Positions 32,922 to 48,117 of a DNA stretch of 64,000 bases are shown piece by piece. The notes under the pieces were generated by a model. That model saw only the letters and a program-made list of their open reading frames with translations, ran no database searches and was not told the origin of the DNA. Numbering within the stretch: the stretch's first letter is position 1; the number at the start of each line of letters is the position of its first letter. The position numbers were made by a program, and so were the translations under genes. The DNA is from the human T2T-CHM13v2.0 reference genome, Homo sapiens. The stretch lies in NCBI RefSeq assembly GCF_009914755.1, contig NC_060926.1, one strand, 5' to 3'.

Positions 32922-33351
32922 CAGTTGACCTATGACAATGCCAGGGTTAGGGGTGCTGACCCCCACTCCCCTGCACAGTCAAAAATTTGCATAATTTTAA
33001 TTTTTGACTCCAAAAACGTTACTAATAGTCTACTGTTTACCAGAAGCCTTCCTGATAACATAAACAATCGAGTAATACATATTCTATAGTTACATGTATT
33101 ATACATACCGTATTCTTACAATAAAGTAAGCTAAAGAAAAGAAAATGTTAAGAAAATCATAAGGAAGAGAAAATATATTTACTGTTTATTAAGTGGAAGT
33201 GGATCATCATGAAGGTCTTCATCGTCTTCACGTTGAGTACGCTGAGGAAGGAGGGGTTGGTCTTGCCATCTCAGGTATGGCAGAAGCAGCACAAAATCCA
33301 CATATAAGTGGACCTGTGCAGTTCAAACCCATGTTGTTCAAGAATCAACTT
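32922..33351 (+). mobile_element. Tigger2a (MER28) DNA transposon
   Basis: TA|CAGTTGACC...GGGTTAGGGGTGCTGACCCC ... TGTTGTTCAAGAATCAACTT|TA; ~430 bp with terminal inverted repeats. Confidence 0.88.
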
Positions 33352-33704
33352 TATCTTTTTAGAATGTTTGCTCTTATCTCCCCTTCCTGCTTGAAATAGT
33401 TTTATGTTTCAGGGAGGGGTTACAGGAAAAAGCAGAGCCTCCTCAACTGTGTGAATACAGATAAAAAGACATATTGTGGTTTATGATGTCTAGATGCCCA
33501 CCTGGAGGGAAGGGAATTTAGGAGCAAAATAAAAAGATTAAAAATCTAAGTCAACTCAGAAATAAGATATGCCAATGATGAAGAAAGGATTTAAGTTGGA
33601 AAGTTAGTTGTTATGGCCCCCAGTTGTACATATTTTATCCTAAGGCACCATTTGGTTTAATAAAATGTAGATCTGAGGCTGTTCTTAACCTATCAGTTTC
33701 TTAA

Positions 33705-33977
<273 letters not shown>

Positions 33978-34212
33978 TGAAATGACCTTTGCATAGTCAG
34001 TTTGAAGCATAAGAGCACTGGTGAGGTTTTTATCAAAAGTAGTGAATTCCTGTTATGCCAATGAATATTTCTTCTAACAGTGGAAAGAAATTTAGACTGT
34101 GACAAGTGATGAAGGAGCAAAAGTGTGTCAAGTAAGCAAAACTTGCTGCTCATTTTAGCCAGAAAGCCACAGTTTGTATAGGTAAAACTTGGAGGTCAGC
34201 AGTGAATGTTTA

Positions 34213-34540
<328 letters not shown>

Positions 34541-36364
34541 GTTGCACATACGAACAATTATTCCTGTTTTTCCATTGTACCTTTACCAAAGCTTTAGAAG
34601 ATACATCTCTCAGCAGTAAGGTTATTTTTTCTGAAACCATAAAGTGTTAATTTGTGGAAATCTCTCCCAGTCGCCTTTCATATATCTTACTTATTTAAAC
34701 TCACTTTGATGGTATTGGAAACACATTTGCAGGTAAATTACATACATAGTCCTTTTATTGGATATTGATTGTACTGCCTTGCATTCCAAGGCAGACTTAA
34801 TTCAACAATTCCCTAATTAGTTAAAGTCATAACCTATGTCTTGTATTCATTTACCATTAATTAAACCTTAGCTGTTTATTACACTGCAGTCCAAATCCAA
34901 TAGCCGACCCAGAAAGCCATGGAAAAGGAAGTAGGAGGTCAATATTGAAAATATATGGTGCCGAGTCCCACTGATGGTTGCTTTGTTCACAATCAATATG
35001 GTCAATGCAACTGTACTTTCTTAGTTGCTCTGTCAGCAACACAAAAAGTCAATTCTAATGTTATGCTAGTGAAAAAATGGTGATTATTGAAAAACTTTGG
35101 CTTTCAAAATTATATTCTTTGTAAACTTTGTTTATAAAAGTATTTTCAAATATGCTAAACCAAACAATTTTTAAACAGTTTTGAAAGGACCACATTTTTA
35201 CTAAAAGACAATTAGATATTTGCACTTCTTAATGGTTGTTGAACTGTTACCCTAAACTGATGCCTTCTAACAAGTTTTAGTTGGTGAAGACAACTGTATA
35301 TTATTGCCTTTTCTATTAAAAGGACCATTGACCATGTAATGTAGAGGGTCTTGATCATTTTGCAGGGCATTAAAACCCATACTAGCTTAAGGTAGGCCAA
35401 TGCAAAAGTAAAACAAGTATAACTTCTTCCTTTCAGAAAGATTCATAGGCTTGATTTTCTGAAACGGAAATTATCTTTTATATTCCTGATCAAAGTAAAA
35501 GAAATGACTACATTTTTTTTCAAGTATAGTTTGGTTAGAAAAGTAATAATCAGTAAGAAATTTTGTAGTGTTGTGTGATTTTTCAGTATTCATATTGTTA
35601 ATAAATTAGTGAGAATTTAAAGATAATATGGGACGTATCTTACATTAAGAAATGAGAATTAAATGCTCAAGAAATGTAAGAATTAAATATTTTATTCTGT
35701 TACACCTAATAGAATTTTTAGAAACAGTAAGTACTTTTTTGATAATGGTATAACTGGAAATTCATCATACAGGTTCTTAAGCATTGGCCCAGTTATATTA
35801 ATAATGATACCAACTTATGTTTGAGTCATTTATTTCAACTGGTAGCTCTAAACTGCTCTGATCTAGTTTTGAGTAGTGGAATTGCTAAGAAATCACTGTG
35901 ATTGTGGAAAGAGAAGTAGAGTTTTTTTGTGTTGGTATGGTCAGTGTTTGGACTGTGGTAAATCTGAAAGACCTATTCAATTAATTTCATTGTTTAGGGT
36001 GTCGTTTTCATTGTGTTGTCTTCTTGAAAGATTTGAACACATTTTTATTTTTTAGTCTACTTATATTTTTTATTCTAAAATCTTAATACATGTTGAATAT
36101 GTTGGTAAGATTTCACCACCCTCGGTCTTTGGGGAGAAGACTGAACTGAGAATGATCACAGAATGATCACAGAAAGATGGTGTTACATCCCTGGGGGAGG
36201 TATATTCAGGGAAGAACCTACATTAAATATTTTTGGGATTTGCTGAAAAGTTATATGATAGAATGAACATTCATTTTTATCAAAGGTTTTACCAGATTCT
36301 TATAAAATAGTAGATTTCCTTAATGCATTTTAAATAGGATTTACACTAAAATTCTAGGCATATT

Positions 36365-36477
36365 GATATATATATATGTAGATACAGATATAAATATAGA
36401 TATACACATTACATATATATGCACATATGTACACATATATACACACATATATAGATATATACACCCACATATATATT
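36365..36477. repeat. (TA)n/(CA)n low-complexity microsatellite
   Basis: Directly visible. Confidence 0.85.
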
Positions 36478-39008
36478 TGCTGACATTTTAATGTGAAGTT
36501 TTAGTCTGGGATATAAAATGGAATGTATGACATCCTCAAATGTCTGAATACTGTTCACTCCTATGTTTTACATTTAATTTTCCAAAGCAAAACATTTCAG
36601 TTGAGGATTTTATTAGAAAATAAATAATCATTTAGCCATATCTAGAAACCAGAATAAACAATGCCATAAAGCCTATAGGAAAATGCAGGTCAGATTCATA
36701 AATATTCATGTGTTTACTTTCAGTACAGCCACTATGTAATCTCAGAAAAATCTTTTTTTCAGTCCAACTATGAGATCAAATACTGAGGAAAAATAGTGCA
36801 AAATAAAGTACAAAAAGCAAAAAAAAAAAAGTCACTAGGATATAGAACTTCTAGGTGCCAGAGCATTTGCCAAGTGTCAGGTCTATTTCTTGGTCAGGCC
36901 AAGAGACCTGAAGAGAAATACTCAAGCTTCAATGTAAAACTGACTTATGAGTTAGCCACTCAATAGAGACTGCTATTAGCCTGATCAGACTGTCTGTTCT
37001 GTGCTACTTTTTGTAGCAGGTTATTTAAAAACTCAAGCTAAATCTCATTTTTCTATGGATTGAGTTTTTATAATGAAGGAACTTGTATAAGCTGCCATTC
37101 AGTCATTACATCTAAGCATTTTCTAATTCAAATTTACATAAAAGGAGAGTAGTTGAAAGGGAAAAAAATTAGCTATTATGTTATTACCAAAAGATATGCA
37201 TGGAGATGTATCGTGATGGATGGACAGATGGATGAATGGATGGATAACTATTCCTAGAACTCCTGTACATCTGCATATCTGTATGTTTTTTTAAAAATTG
37301 TGTTTATTCTTCCAAACTCAATTCTCTTGTGTGACCTACAGGTATTTTGTAAGTGGCTAAAGTGCATCATTTAGTATAAAATTAGAGTAATATATGTTGG
37401 GCTTATTTCTTCTATAATTTTTTTATTCTTTATAAAAACTAACATGTATAAACACTGACATATTTTGGGCTTATTGTCTGATAATTAAAGAGAATTATAT
37501 TTGTGTCAAATATAGTATTTTAAAATTGGTTACATTCTTAGTAATGTTAAAAAGCAATATTTGAATCAATGTGTGGTATAGATTTTTGTAGATTTTTCTA
37601 CTCACTGAGGCATGCAGTCAATACCTAATTTCTCTAGAGATATACTGCATTTAACATATTGAGCTTTTTTAAATACTTCAGACCTGTGCATTGAGTCTGT
37701 AATACCTATCTTAATTTGACATCTTTGATGACCATAAAATATGATATCTAAATTGTATTTTAAATGTCCATTTATCTAATATGTTTAGTATCAAAGAAAT
37801 AAATATATTGCATACTTTTTTTTAATTTTTGCCAATTGCTACGGTATGTGAAATCCAAGTCTTGTGTTATTTCTTTCATGGTTTCATTTCACTCTAATCT
37901 AGCACTCCAACTTACAAAATATATGTGAAATAAACTGAGAATGTATTTTCGTGCTACCAAACTTGGGGAAATGACATGGTTTACGCAATACTTATGTCTT
38001 GGCCTTTTGATTGGGTTAAGAATACTTACATTGGCCAAGTCTAAGATACATTTGCTCTATTGAATGACTTTTCCTAAGTTTCACACACACAAAACTAGGG
38101 CTTAATTTAAAAGGTACTGAAAAAATAAGAGAGGCCTGGGTTTAATATTTTATCTGAAATATGACACATTGCATCCTAATATTTCCTGATATCCTTTTTG
38201 AAATTGCAGTAAGTCATGGTCACCATAAAATATTCTGGATCTTTATACATCAGAATTGACAAAATACTGAATTACATAGGTTACCAGTTGGAAAACTAAG
38301 AATAGACTTTAAATTTGTTCTGCAGATAGTCACCATTCACTTTGTCAGGTGAACATCTTATTCAGATGTTTTCTGCTTTCTTATTGTCTTTCTGAGCACA
38401 CATATTAATATTTTGGGCATTTGAACTCTGCTTGATGCAGAAATTTTCAAGTTCACTTCATTATTTCCTACCGAACCCTGTTTTTCTTCATACTCCATAA
38501 TGTTACTCAGTATAAGAAATAAACAGAAAACACTTTAGGCAAACAGGGAGATAAATCTTGGAATTAATACTTAGACTTTTCTTTTTCTCCCAATTCCTCT
38601 TTCAGTCCATTTGGTGAATTGGGCTAGTTAATTTTATTCCAGTTTGTCTTTAAACCAAGGACTAGTTCGCTAAGATAACTTATCTGTTGTTCTTATACCA
38701 GTTTAGAAGGACCGTTTGTCACTTTATAATTAAATATTTTAACTAAAGATCCTTCTTTATTGGAATGAAATAACTTGAAAGAAATAGTTTCATGAAAGGA
38801 TAGTAACATGAAAAATTTGGTCAGTGCTGCAGCTTAGATATCCAGATCTTCCACTCATTTATTCCTTGCCAAAACAACTATTTTTGTGTCAGTATGTCTT
38901 GGTGCTTTAAGTTTAAATGCCTGCTTCAAATACCTTCCTCACTATGGAAGTCCTGTGTGTAATGTTGTTTGAATGGTATTAAAACTAATGATGGAGGCAA
39001 AGTAATTA

Positions 39009-39303
39009 TTATTTTTTTTTCTGAGATGGAGTCTCGCTCTGTTGTCCAGGCTGGAGGACAGTGGTGCTATCTCGGCTCACCACAACCTCCACTTCCTGGG
39101 TTCAAGCAATTCTCCTGCCTCTGCCTCCTGAGTAGCTGGGATTACAGGTGTGTGCCACAAAGCCCCGCTAATTTTTGTATTTTTAGTAGAGATGGGGTTT
39201 CGCCATGTTGGCCGGGCTGGTCTTAAACTCTTGACCTCAGGTGATCTGCCCACCTCAGCCTCCCAAAGTACTGGGATTACAGGTATGAGCCACCGCGCCT
39301 GGC
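39009..39303 (-). mobile_element. AluSx-like, followed by a MIR (+, ~39320-39530)
   Basis: Poly(T), gagatggagtctcgctctg...gacctcaggtgatc...cgcgcctggc. Flanking repeat CAAAGTAATT. Confidence 0.92.
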
Positions 39304-41955
39304 AACAAAGTAATTGCAAGATTGAGCACGGGCTTTGGTTTTTGAAAGACTTGGATTTCAGTGCTGAGCTCTATTAATTTTTGCTCTGTGATATTGACCA
39401 AATTATTTAACCTCTCTGAGACTCCATATTGTTACTTGTCAATAGGGCTAATACTTACTTTAAATTGTTTGAAAGATGAGATGAAATAATAAAAAGCAGG
39501 TAGAGTGCCAGGCATAGTAGCGGCTCTCCATAAATCACATCAATTGTTTTTATTTTAATTATGCGTTCTACTATCAGCCATTTCTAAAATTTTCTTTCTA
39601 GTTAAATAGAATTTAAATCCTCACCTGTGCCTATTTCTTTCTAATTGTTTTTACTTTGGCAATACTTTATAATTTAGAAATGTAGAACATTTGAGAATAC
39701 CACAGGCTTTCAACAAAAAGAGTGATGTATATTACTGCATATTGGTAAGCTCAATATAAGTTAGATGCTATTAATAATATTTAGAAACTAACTTGAGAAA
39801 GTTTAGAAATCTAAACTAAATCTCATTACAGTTCCAAGCAATAATAAGTAAACACTTCATTTTAGGACATCTGCATGAAAATATACTGTCCATAATTACA
39901 TTAATTACCAAATGCCACTGAAGAACCCTATGTATTACAATAAATTGTGCAAATACATGACTCAGAAACAAAACAGTGCATAATGTATTTTCTATTCAAA
40001 TGAATGAAAATATATTAAAAAGAAATACATTGCACAGTATCATCTGATTTTAGAGCTGAAAATGTAAAATATTAGTGGCAGGGATAGAATTGGATCTCAT
40101 TCCTAGTCCAGAGCTCTATTTACTGCTTCACTTAATATGTTTTAAAATGAATTTGAAAATTGTATAATTAAAGAAGCAACTTTCAAATTAAAAAAAAATT
40201 TTTATAGTTAGACATTAATAGTCTCAGACTATAATCAATTCTTTGTGTAAACTATACATGCATACATAGATTTTAATATTGTCATCTAGAACATTTGTTT
40301 TTAATTAATTTAACAGGTATTAAAATTACTCCTCTGTGTACAGTAGATGGAAAGAAGACAATCATTGGCAAAGTCTAAGATTTTAACTTCACTAAACATT
40401 CAAACTTTTCAATTTGCTTTTCTGAGAGGGAATTTCAGGTAGAGGTATGTAGTCAGAAACATTTTTAGTCACTCTTCAGTGTGGGGAAAGGAAAGGGTGA
40501 CTATTGGGTGTTCTTTTTATCACTGCATGCATTTATGCAGGACTTATCAGAAACAGTGGCAAAACATTCACCTAACGGTAGTTATTAATACCGATGTGCA
40601 AAAAAGAAAATAAAAGATTGAAAAATGTGATAATGTATTTTAATTAGGTAAGACCAAACTATAATAGTGAAGTAAAGTTAACTCTCAAAGGGCTATTTCA
40701 AATGAAGACCAGTTTATGAAAGATTGGCTTCAGAAATCTAAATGACTTGTCATTACTTACAGCTTCATATCAATTAATCCCTCAATTGGGGGGTAGGGGG
40801 AAATGGCTAGGAAGGTTCAATCTATTTTAATTCTGATTATTTTTCCTCAAAGGGCCTCTTGTGTGTAGCTTATATCATCCAAACACTGTGCCAGAATATC
40901 ATTTTTTGAAAATTAGAGGATATGAGATTTTTTAAGTGATGGTAATCAGGAATTGCCATAATAGAAAGGAGACTTGTGAACACATCTGTACAAGTGGAAC
41001 CATTCCATTATTAATGGGAGATTTATTACTGAAGAAATCACTACAGAACACTGTGGTAGAGATTGTGTTTTTATTTTAATATGAGAGCCAAGTCTTGCAT
41101 TAGGACATTGTTGAAGCTTGTGCAGAAAGTAAATGGCACCCATGGGACTGTAGCATTCTGCTAGATTGAAGGGCCTTTAATAATCCAATACGCTAATAGC
41201 AGTTAGAGTGTAAGAGCTAATCATGTCTTCTGCTTTTATAATAACTTATACATGGTAACCAAAAGTAGTTACGATGTGTTGGCATCATTGTTCTTAGTAG
41301 ATGACTTTTTAAATTAAAAACTAAGTTCACTGAGTAACTTTTCAGAGTTTATTTCATGAAAGATAATAAAATAGGATACCTGTTTATAGCAGGTTTAACA
41401 GCCACTTACTGCTCTTAGGAGATTATATATCCCTACACAGATGAACATTCGAGTAATGACAGAAATGTAAATACCAGCCTATTGTTTTATAACAATTTTG
41501 AATGACTACAAAAATGAGTTTATTTTACGGGTATTTGCTGATGTTTTAATAATTATTTCAGTGGTTTGTTAATATGTATCAGTTATATTTCATACATTTC
41601 CTAGGTTTCATTGTCCATCTTCTTATATAAGGTACTTATAAATATATATAAATTATGAAATTAGACTACAGCATTTAATAGGTTGATATAAAATGATACA
41701 AGGGCCTGAAAATGTGCTTTTAACGTACTTTTTAGGAAAAGGCATCTTATTCTAAATTTTGAAGGCCTCTATTTGGCTCTCCCCCCAGCCTCTGATACCA
41801 TTGCCTCCGTTTTATATAGATATGGGACCAGAATTTTAGCCTGCTGCTGCTTATATCTAAAAATAATATTTGTAAAATTATCCAAAGCAGTAGATATATT
41901 TTTATTGTATTTTCATGTGATTGAAAAATCTTCAGAAAGACCCTTTTTTTAATAC

Positions 41956-41974
41956 TGCACACTAGATGGCAGTT
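41956..41974 (+). promoter_or_regulatory. Candidate CTCF-binding motif
   Basis: TGCACACTAGATGGCAGTT matches the core CACYAGRKGGCRS; motif match only. Confidence 0.45.
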
Positions 41975-42480
41975 TTGTCATATTCTTCCAACTTCAAATG
42001 CTGCTAGTGTGAGTGGAACAGGAAAGGCCATCAATGTTTAGTCTGCACTCAGAGGGTCTCTGCATGACCAATGCAGACCCTATGGACTTCCTGGAACATA
42101 TGTTAGTAATTTAGCTGCAGACATTTATTTCTTTGTTTTACTGCTTGGCTCTTTGAGAAAGTGTTGGTGCTGGGTTATGGGTTGTCTGGATCATGTCAGA
42201 GGCCATGGGGATCAAGTTCATGTGACAGGCCAGACTAAGGAAAGATGAAGTTGGAGGAGGTGAGGAAACTGACCCTTACTTTCAACAGCAACCAGTCACT
42301 GCCTGTCTGTGGACTGGGGCCAAATGCTTGGGCGTTTAAGTTTTATTCCAGCTGAACAAATAAAACATTTTGCCTATTTGGCTTTTTCATATTTCATCAG
42401 TAGTAGTTCAACCAAAGATTTCTCCATTTCTCAAGGACTTGCTTATCCCTTATCTTTCTCTCTAATGCTTACTCCTATAG

Positions 42481-42601
42481 CCTTGTCCAGACGAAGTGAC
42501 GTTGAGATCCTCGGCTACTGCATGCTGCGGTGGTTGTGTGGGAAACTTCCCTGGGAACAGAACCTGAAGGACCCTGTGGCTGTGCAGACTGCTAAAACAA
42601 A
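42481..42601 (+). CDS. VRK2: VRK2 coding exon (~exon 9)
   Basis: cctatag|CC...ACAAA|gtacaa, 121 nt, phase 1-2. Translates (A)[39 protein letters not shown]. Confidence 0.95.
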
Positions 42602-44341
42602 GTACAAATTTTCAAGTATTTCATCATGTACTGCACCAGGTCTGAAGGGATACATTAAAGGGAGCTAACAACACAGAGAAGATTGGCATTCACCCAACAT
42701 GACAACCAAAGCAAATTTCTTTAGTTTGAAAAATATGTTTTAAAAAAACCAAACAACTAACACATAAAATCCATTAAGGTAACATTGTAAAAAGACATGT
42801 ATTTGAATTACAGTGCAAAATATAAAGTGAAATATCTGTTCTTTTACATGGTATTTCCAAAGCTTAGATTCTAGGTGGTAGTGTTTTCAAGGAAGAATAT
42901 TTTCAAATTAGCATTGTACAAGTATGTTGAAGTAGTCTGAGCTTGGTACGATTGATATTAACTGTGTAAAACAGCACTATGAAATGGGACAAATAGGGCT
43001 TATATTTTTCAAGTGAGAGCAACATACCTCTTATTTCTGTCTTGGAGGAAGTATGTTTTCTTTCTTAAGAAACAAAATTTTTACATGAGCTATTTATATG
43101 AGATAATCTTGTAGCCACATAAACATTTTTAATATTCTACATTCAGTTTTTATTACCTGGATTCGGCTAGCATAAAAATTAGGTCAGACTAAGAACAGGG
43201 TGTGTTACTGTTTTACAATTCTCTCACTGATCAGGCCTAAGAAAAAGTCAATTGCATAGAGCACAGAATAGCCAGTTTTTCATTATATACCAAGATATGC
43301 TCAACAGTAGTTATCCACAGGTAGCAAAAGCAGCAGCTAAGCTAAGTTTTAAGTAGGAAAATCACAACAGAAGAGTACAAAGCCAGGGGAAAATTAGCTG
43401 ATTCATAGAAATCTATCTTTAAATTCAGTGTGGCATCAGTTCTTAATACTGAGAAAGATTAGCCTGCAGATTCAGAAAAATACATATTACATTTGTAAAT
43501 ACTGACATATATGAAACATTTCTCCACTCAGAATTTTGATCATCCTAGTCCCTTACCCAAAACTAAAACATTTATATAAATCTATATTAGAACTAAATCA
43601 GTTATTTACTGCAGTGATTGATGTGTCCATATTAACTTTCATGTAACATTTCGAAATATGGGTCAAGTCAAAACACAGTGATGTATAAACAGTTTTTGTA
43701 TTTAATTTTCCAACTAGTTTACCTAATTAGAATACTGTAATAAAGTAATGATGCTATTTTAAAAAACTAACATTTTAATTCTAATGATTATATATTTGTT
43801 TTTTGATAAGACTAATATGACTTGCTTTAACTTTTTATCAATATGCATATACAGATACATTCATTATAGGTATCTATAATGAATATACCTGCTTATGCAT
43901 ATTTATAATAGGATGTCATATAAAATTATTATTTTACATGTATAATGCTAATAAATCAAGCATAACTTCTATTTACATTTTGGGGACTCTTACATATGTT
44001 AATATCTTCATTTTGACTTGATTAATAATGTAAACCTATAGACTAGTAAAGCCAATATCATATTATGAAGTTTATAATTCAGATAAACCATAGACATTTT
44101 CAAACTTATTATAGTACATAATACATAATCATAATTTATTCAACTTGCTGAGAAGGTATGACACTGAAATTCCCCATAAGGGTGTGATTGTATATTCAGC
44201 CAAGACACTGTATCTCCCTTATGCCTTTTATTTTCCTGACATAGCATGCTGCTGGATCAATGTGTGTATTGTTGCTACTCTGCCTATGCCAGAGGTGGTG
44301 ACTCACTCACACATATAAATAATTTTAGTTGAATGTTTTTA

Positions 44342-44448
44342 TAGGTTGTGTATTCCTTACTTGAAAGGCTTGGGACCAGAAGTGTTGCAGATTTCAGATA
44401 TTTTTAGATTTTGGAATATTTGCATTATACTTACCAGTTGAGCATCCC
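44342..44448 (+). mobile_element. Tigger4 (Zombi/MER46) 5' fragment
   Basis: gcttgggaccagaagtgtt...gattttggaatatttgcattatacttaccagttgagcatccc. Confidence 0.8.
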
Positions 44449-44657
44449 ACAAACCTGTTTAATCATGGGACAGCATAAAATATTGCCCAGTGGAGAACAA
44501 TGCACATATATACTTAGATACAATGTTTGCGTGAATTTTTTATTGTTGTTTTTGAGAAAAAAAATCATGGTAAATATTACTACTTCTGTGTTTCTGCATA
44601 CATAAACTTTGAGTTAAAGCATTTATATTATAATTCCTGTAATTCCATCTTGTTTAG

Positions 44658-45596
<939 letters not shown>

Positions 45597-45813
45597 TTAG
45601 TCTAGGTTATTGATATAAAATTAGTTTGTGGGCATTGAGGGTTCTCCTCTACTTCTGCTTACTTTCCTATCCATTATAGTTGGGTGACAAAAAAAAAAAC
45701 ATTGAAAGTCACAATTTTGGTGACCTACCAACACATAGAGTGTTTTGTTTTCTAGTCAAAATAATCACAGGGTTGAAAACATGTTCATTGTGCATTACCT
45801 TATTTTGTTTTAG

Positions 45814-45872
45814 TCTGTTGGACGAGCTCCCCCAGTCAGTGCTTAAATGGGCTCCTTCTGGAAGCAGTTGCT
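45814..45872 (+). CDS. VRK2: VRK2 coding exon (~exon 10)
   Basis: gttttag|T...TGCT|gtaagt, 59 nt, phase 2-1. Translates (N)LLDELPQSVLKWAPSGSSC; phases match both neighbours. Confidence 0.95.
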
Positions 45873-47003
45873 GTAAGTCAAATAATAACTTCAACCTTCT
45901 CTTACGATTTACAGGTTGCCACATTTGTCGTTATCGTTTGGTAGCTTTTGCTTAACCCACTTGCTCCTATTCCCATCAGGGTGGGAAGGAGGGAACTCTT
46001 CATGTTGCAAATAAGTTGCTAAAGAACACAATGTTTAAATCATCTTTAACATTAGAACACAAAAAACCTCAAAAGAAGATATTGAGGTGGAAAATTCTAG
46101 GTTCTGCTTAGTGCTTTTTTTTTTTTTTTTAAGATCTCTATTTTGAGAATCATGCACAGGCTTAATAGTCAACCGTATCTGGTATTTCTAGAGTTAAGAC
46201 TTCCTGGTTTTGTTCCTCTATATATTGTTGAAAGAAGATAAAGTTGACCTAAGGAAAAACTACTTTTCATCAGTCATTTAAAAAACCAAATCAGTAAACA
46301 CTGAATGCTGTTTAGACCAGAATTATGCTGACTGAACTGCCAGCAAAAAAAAATTTTTATTAGCAAAGGCATATGATTTTGGGATTTGGAGGTATATTTC
46401 ATATTTTCAAGTTAGTATACAATGGAATTTTTAATTGACAATGTTATCAATACATATTGTATAAAATAGCACGTCAACTAGTAATTACCCACATTCCTGT
46501 CATTTTATGTGCATACACAACATGTTATTCAACACTAATTTAACAATTGAGTTAGACTGTCTTATACGAAAAAGCCAGTGCCCACTATCAGTCTTGCTTT
46601 TTTTCAGAGACAGATAATCAGAGTGAATCTTGTTTTCTGTTTACACTGGACAATCTCAAAGTTAGCTTTGAGCTGACTTCTGAAAGTAGATATGTACACT
46701 GACCTCTCTAGCTAAGGTCTAATAGCATCTGTTTCCATCTGGTTGAGAATTAGAGAGTTAAGTCATCTTAAACTTACATTCACAGCCTTTCTTTCACTGG
46801 AAACCAAAATTTTCATTTGTGGAGGAAAGGAAAGAATAAGCCAGTTCTACTTCCCCTCTCCATTTGCAAGTCCAATAAGCCTATCCCCACATGAGTCTTT
46901 TGTTTTCCCCTTTCTCTAGTACTTTTCATCGGATTGAGGGAGCCACACAGGAGAGATCCTCATTGTGGGAATGGGTTGCAAGATGAAATTTTTGTTTTCA
47001 TAA

Positions 47004-47357
<354 letters not shown>

Positions 47358-47432
47358 CTTATTGGCACTTTTACCAAGTTGTATAGTTCATCTTTTAATC
47401 AACTGGACAGAAAGATGGGAAGATGTCATTAA

Positions 47433-48117
47433 CATATATATATATCATATATATGTGTATATATATCATATATATGTGTATATATATCATATATGTGTGT
47501 ATATATATCATATATATTATATCATATATATGTGTATATATATCATATATTATATCATATATATGTGTATATATATCATATATATTATATATCATATATG
47601 TGTATATATCATATATATTATATATCATATATGTGTATATATATCATATATTATATATCATATATATGTGTATATATCATATATATTATATATATCTCAT
47701 ATGTGTATATATATCATATATAATATATATGTGTATATATCATATATCATATATAACATATATATGTGTATATATCATATATATAACATATATCATATAT
47801 GTGTATATATCATATATCATATATATCATGTGTTTATATATATCATATATCATATATATCATATATGATACATATATCATATATATCATATATGATACAT
47901 ATATCATATATATGATACATGTATCATATATGATACATATATATCATATATATGATACATATGTATCATATATATGATACATATGTATCATATATATGAT
48001 ACATATGTATCATATATATGATACATATATATCTCATATATGATACATATGTATCATATATGATACATATATATCATATATATGATATATATGATATATA
48101 TGTGTTTGTATATATAT
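47433..48117. repeat. ~685-bp AT-rich complex micro/minisatellite
   Basis: Units such as ATATATCATATATATGTGT, later TATCATATATATGATACATATG; source of the I/Y/H-rich false ORFs. Confidence 0.95.
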
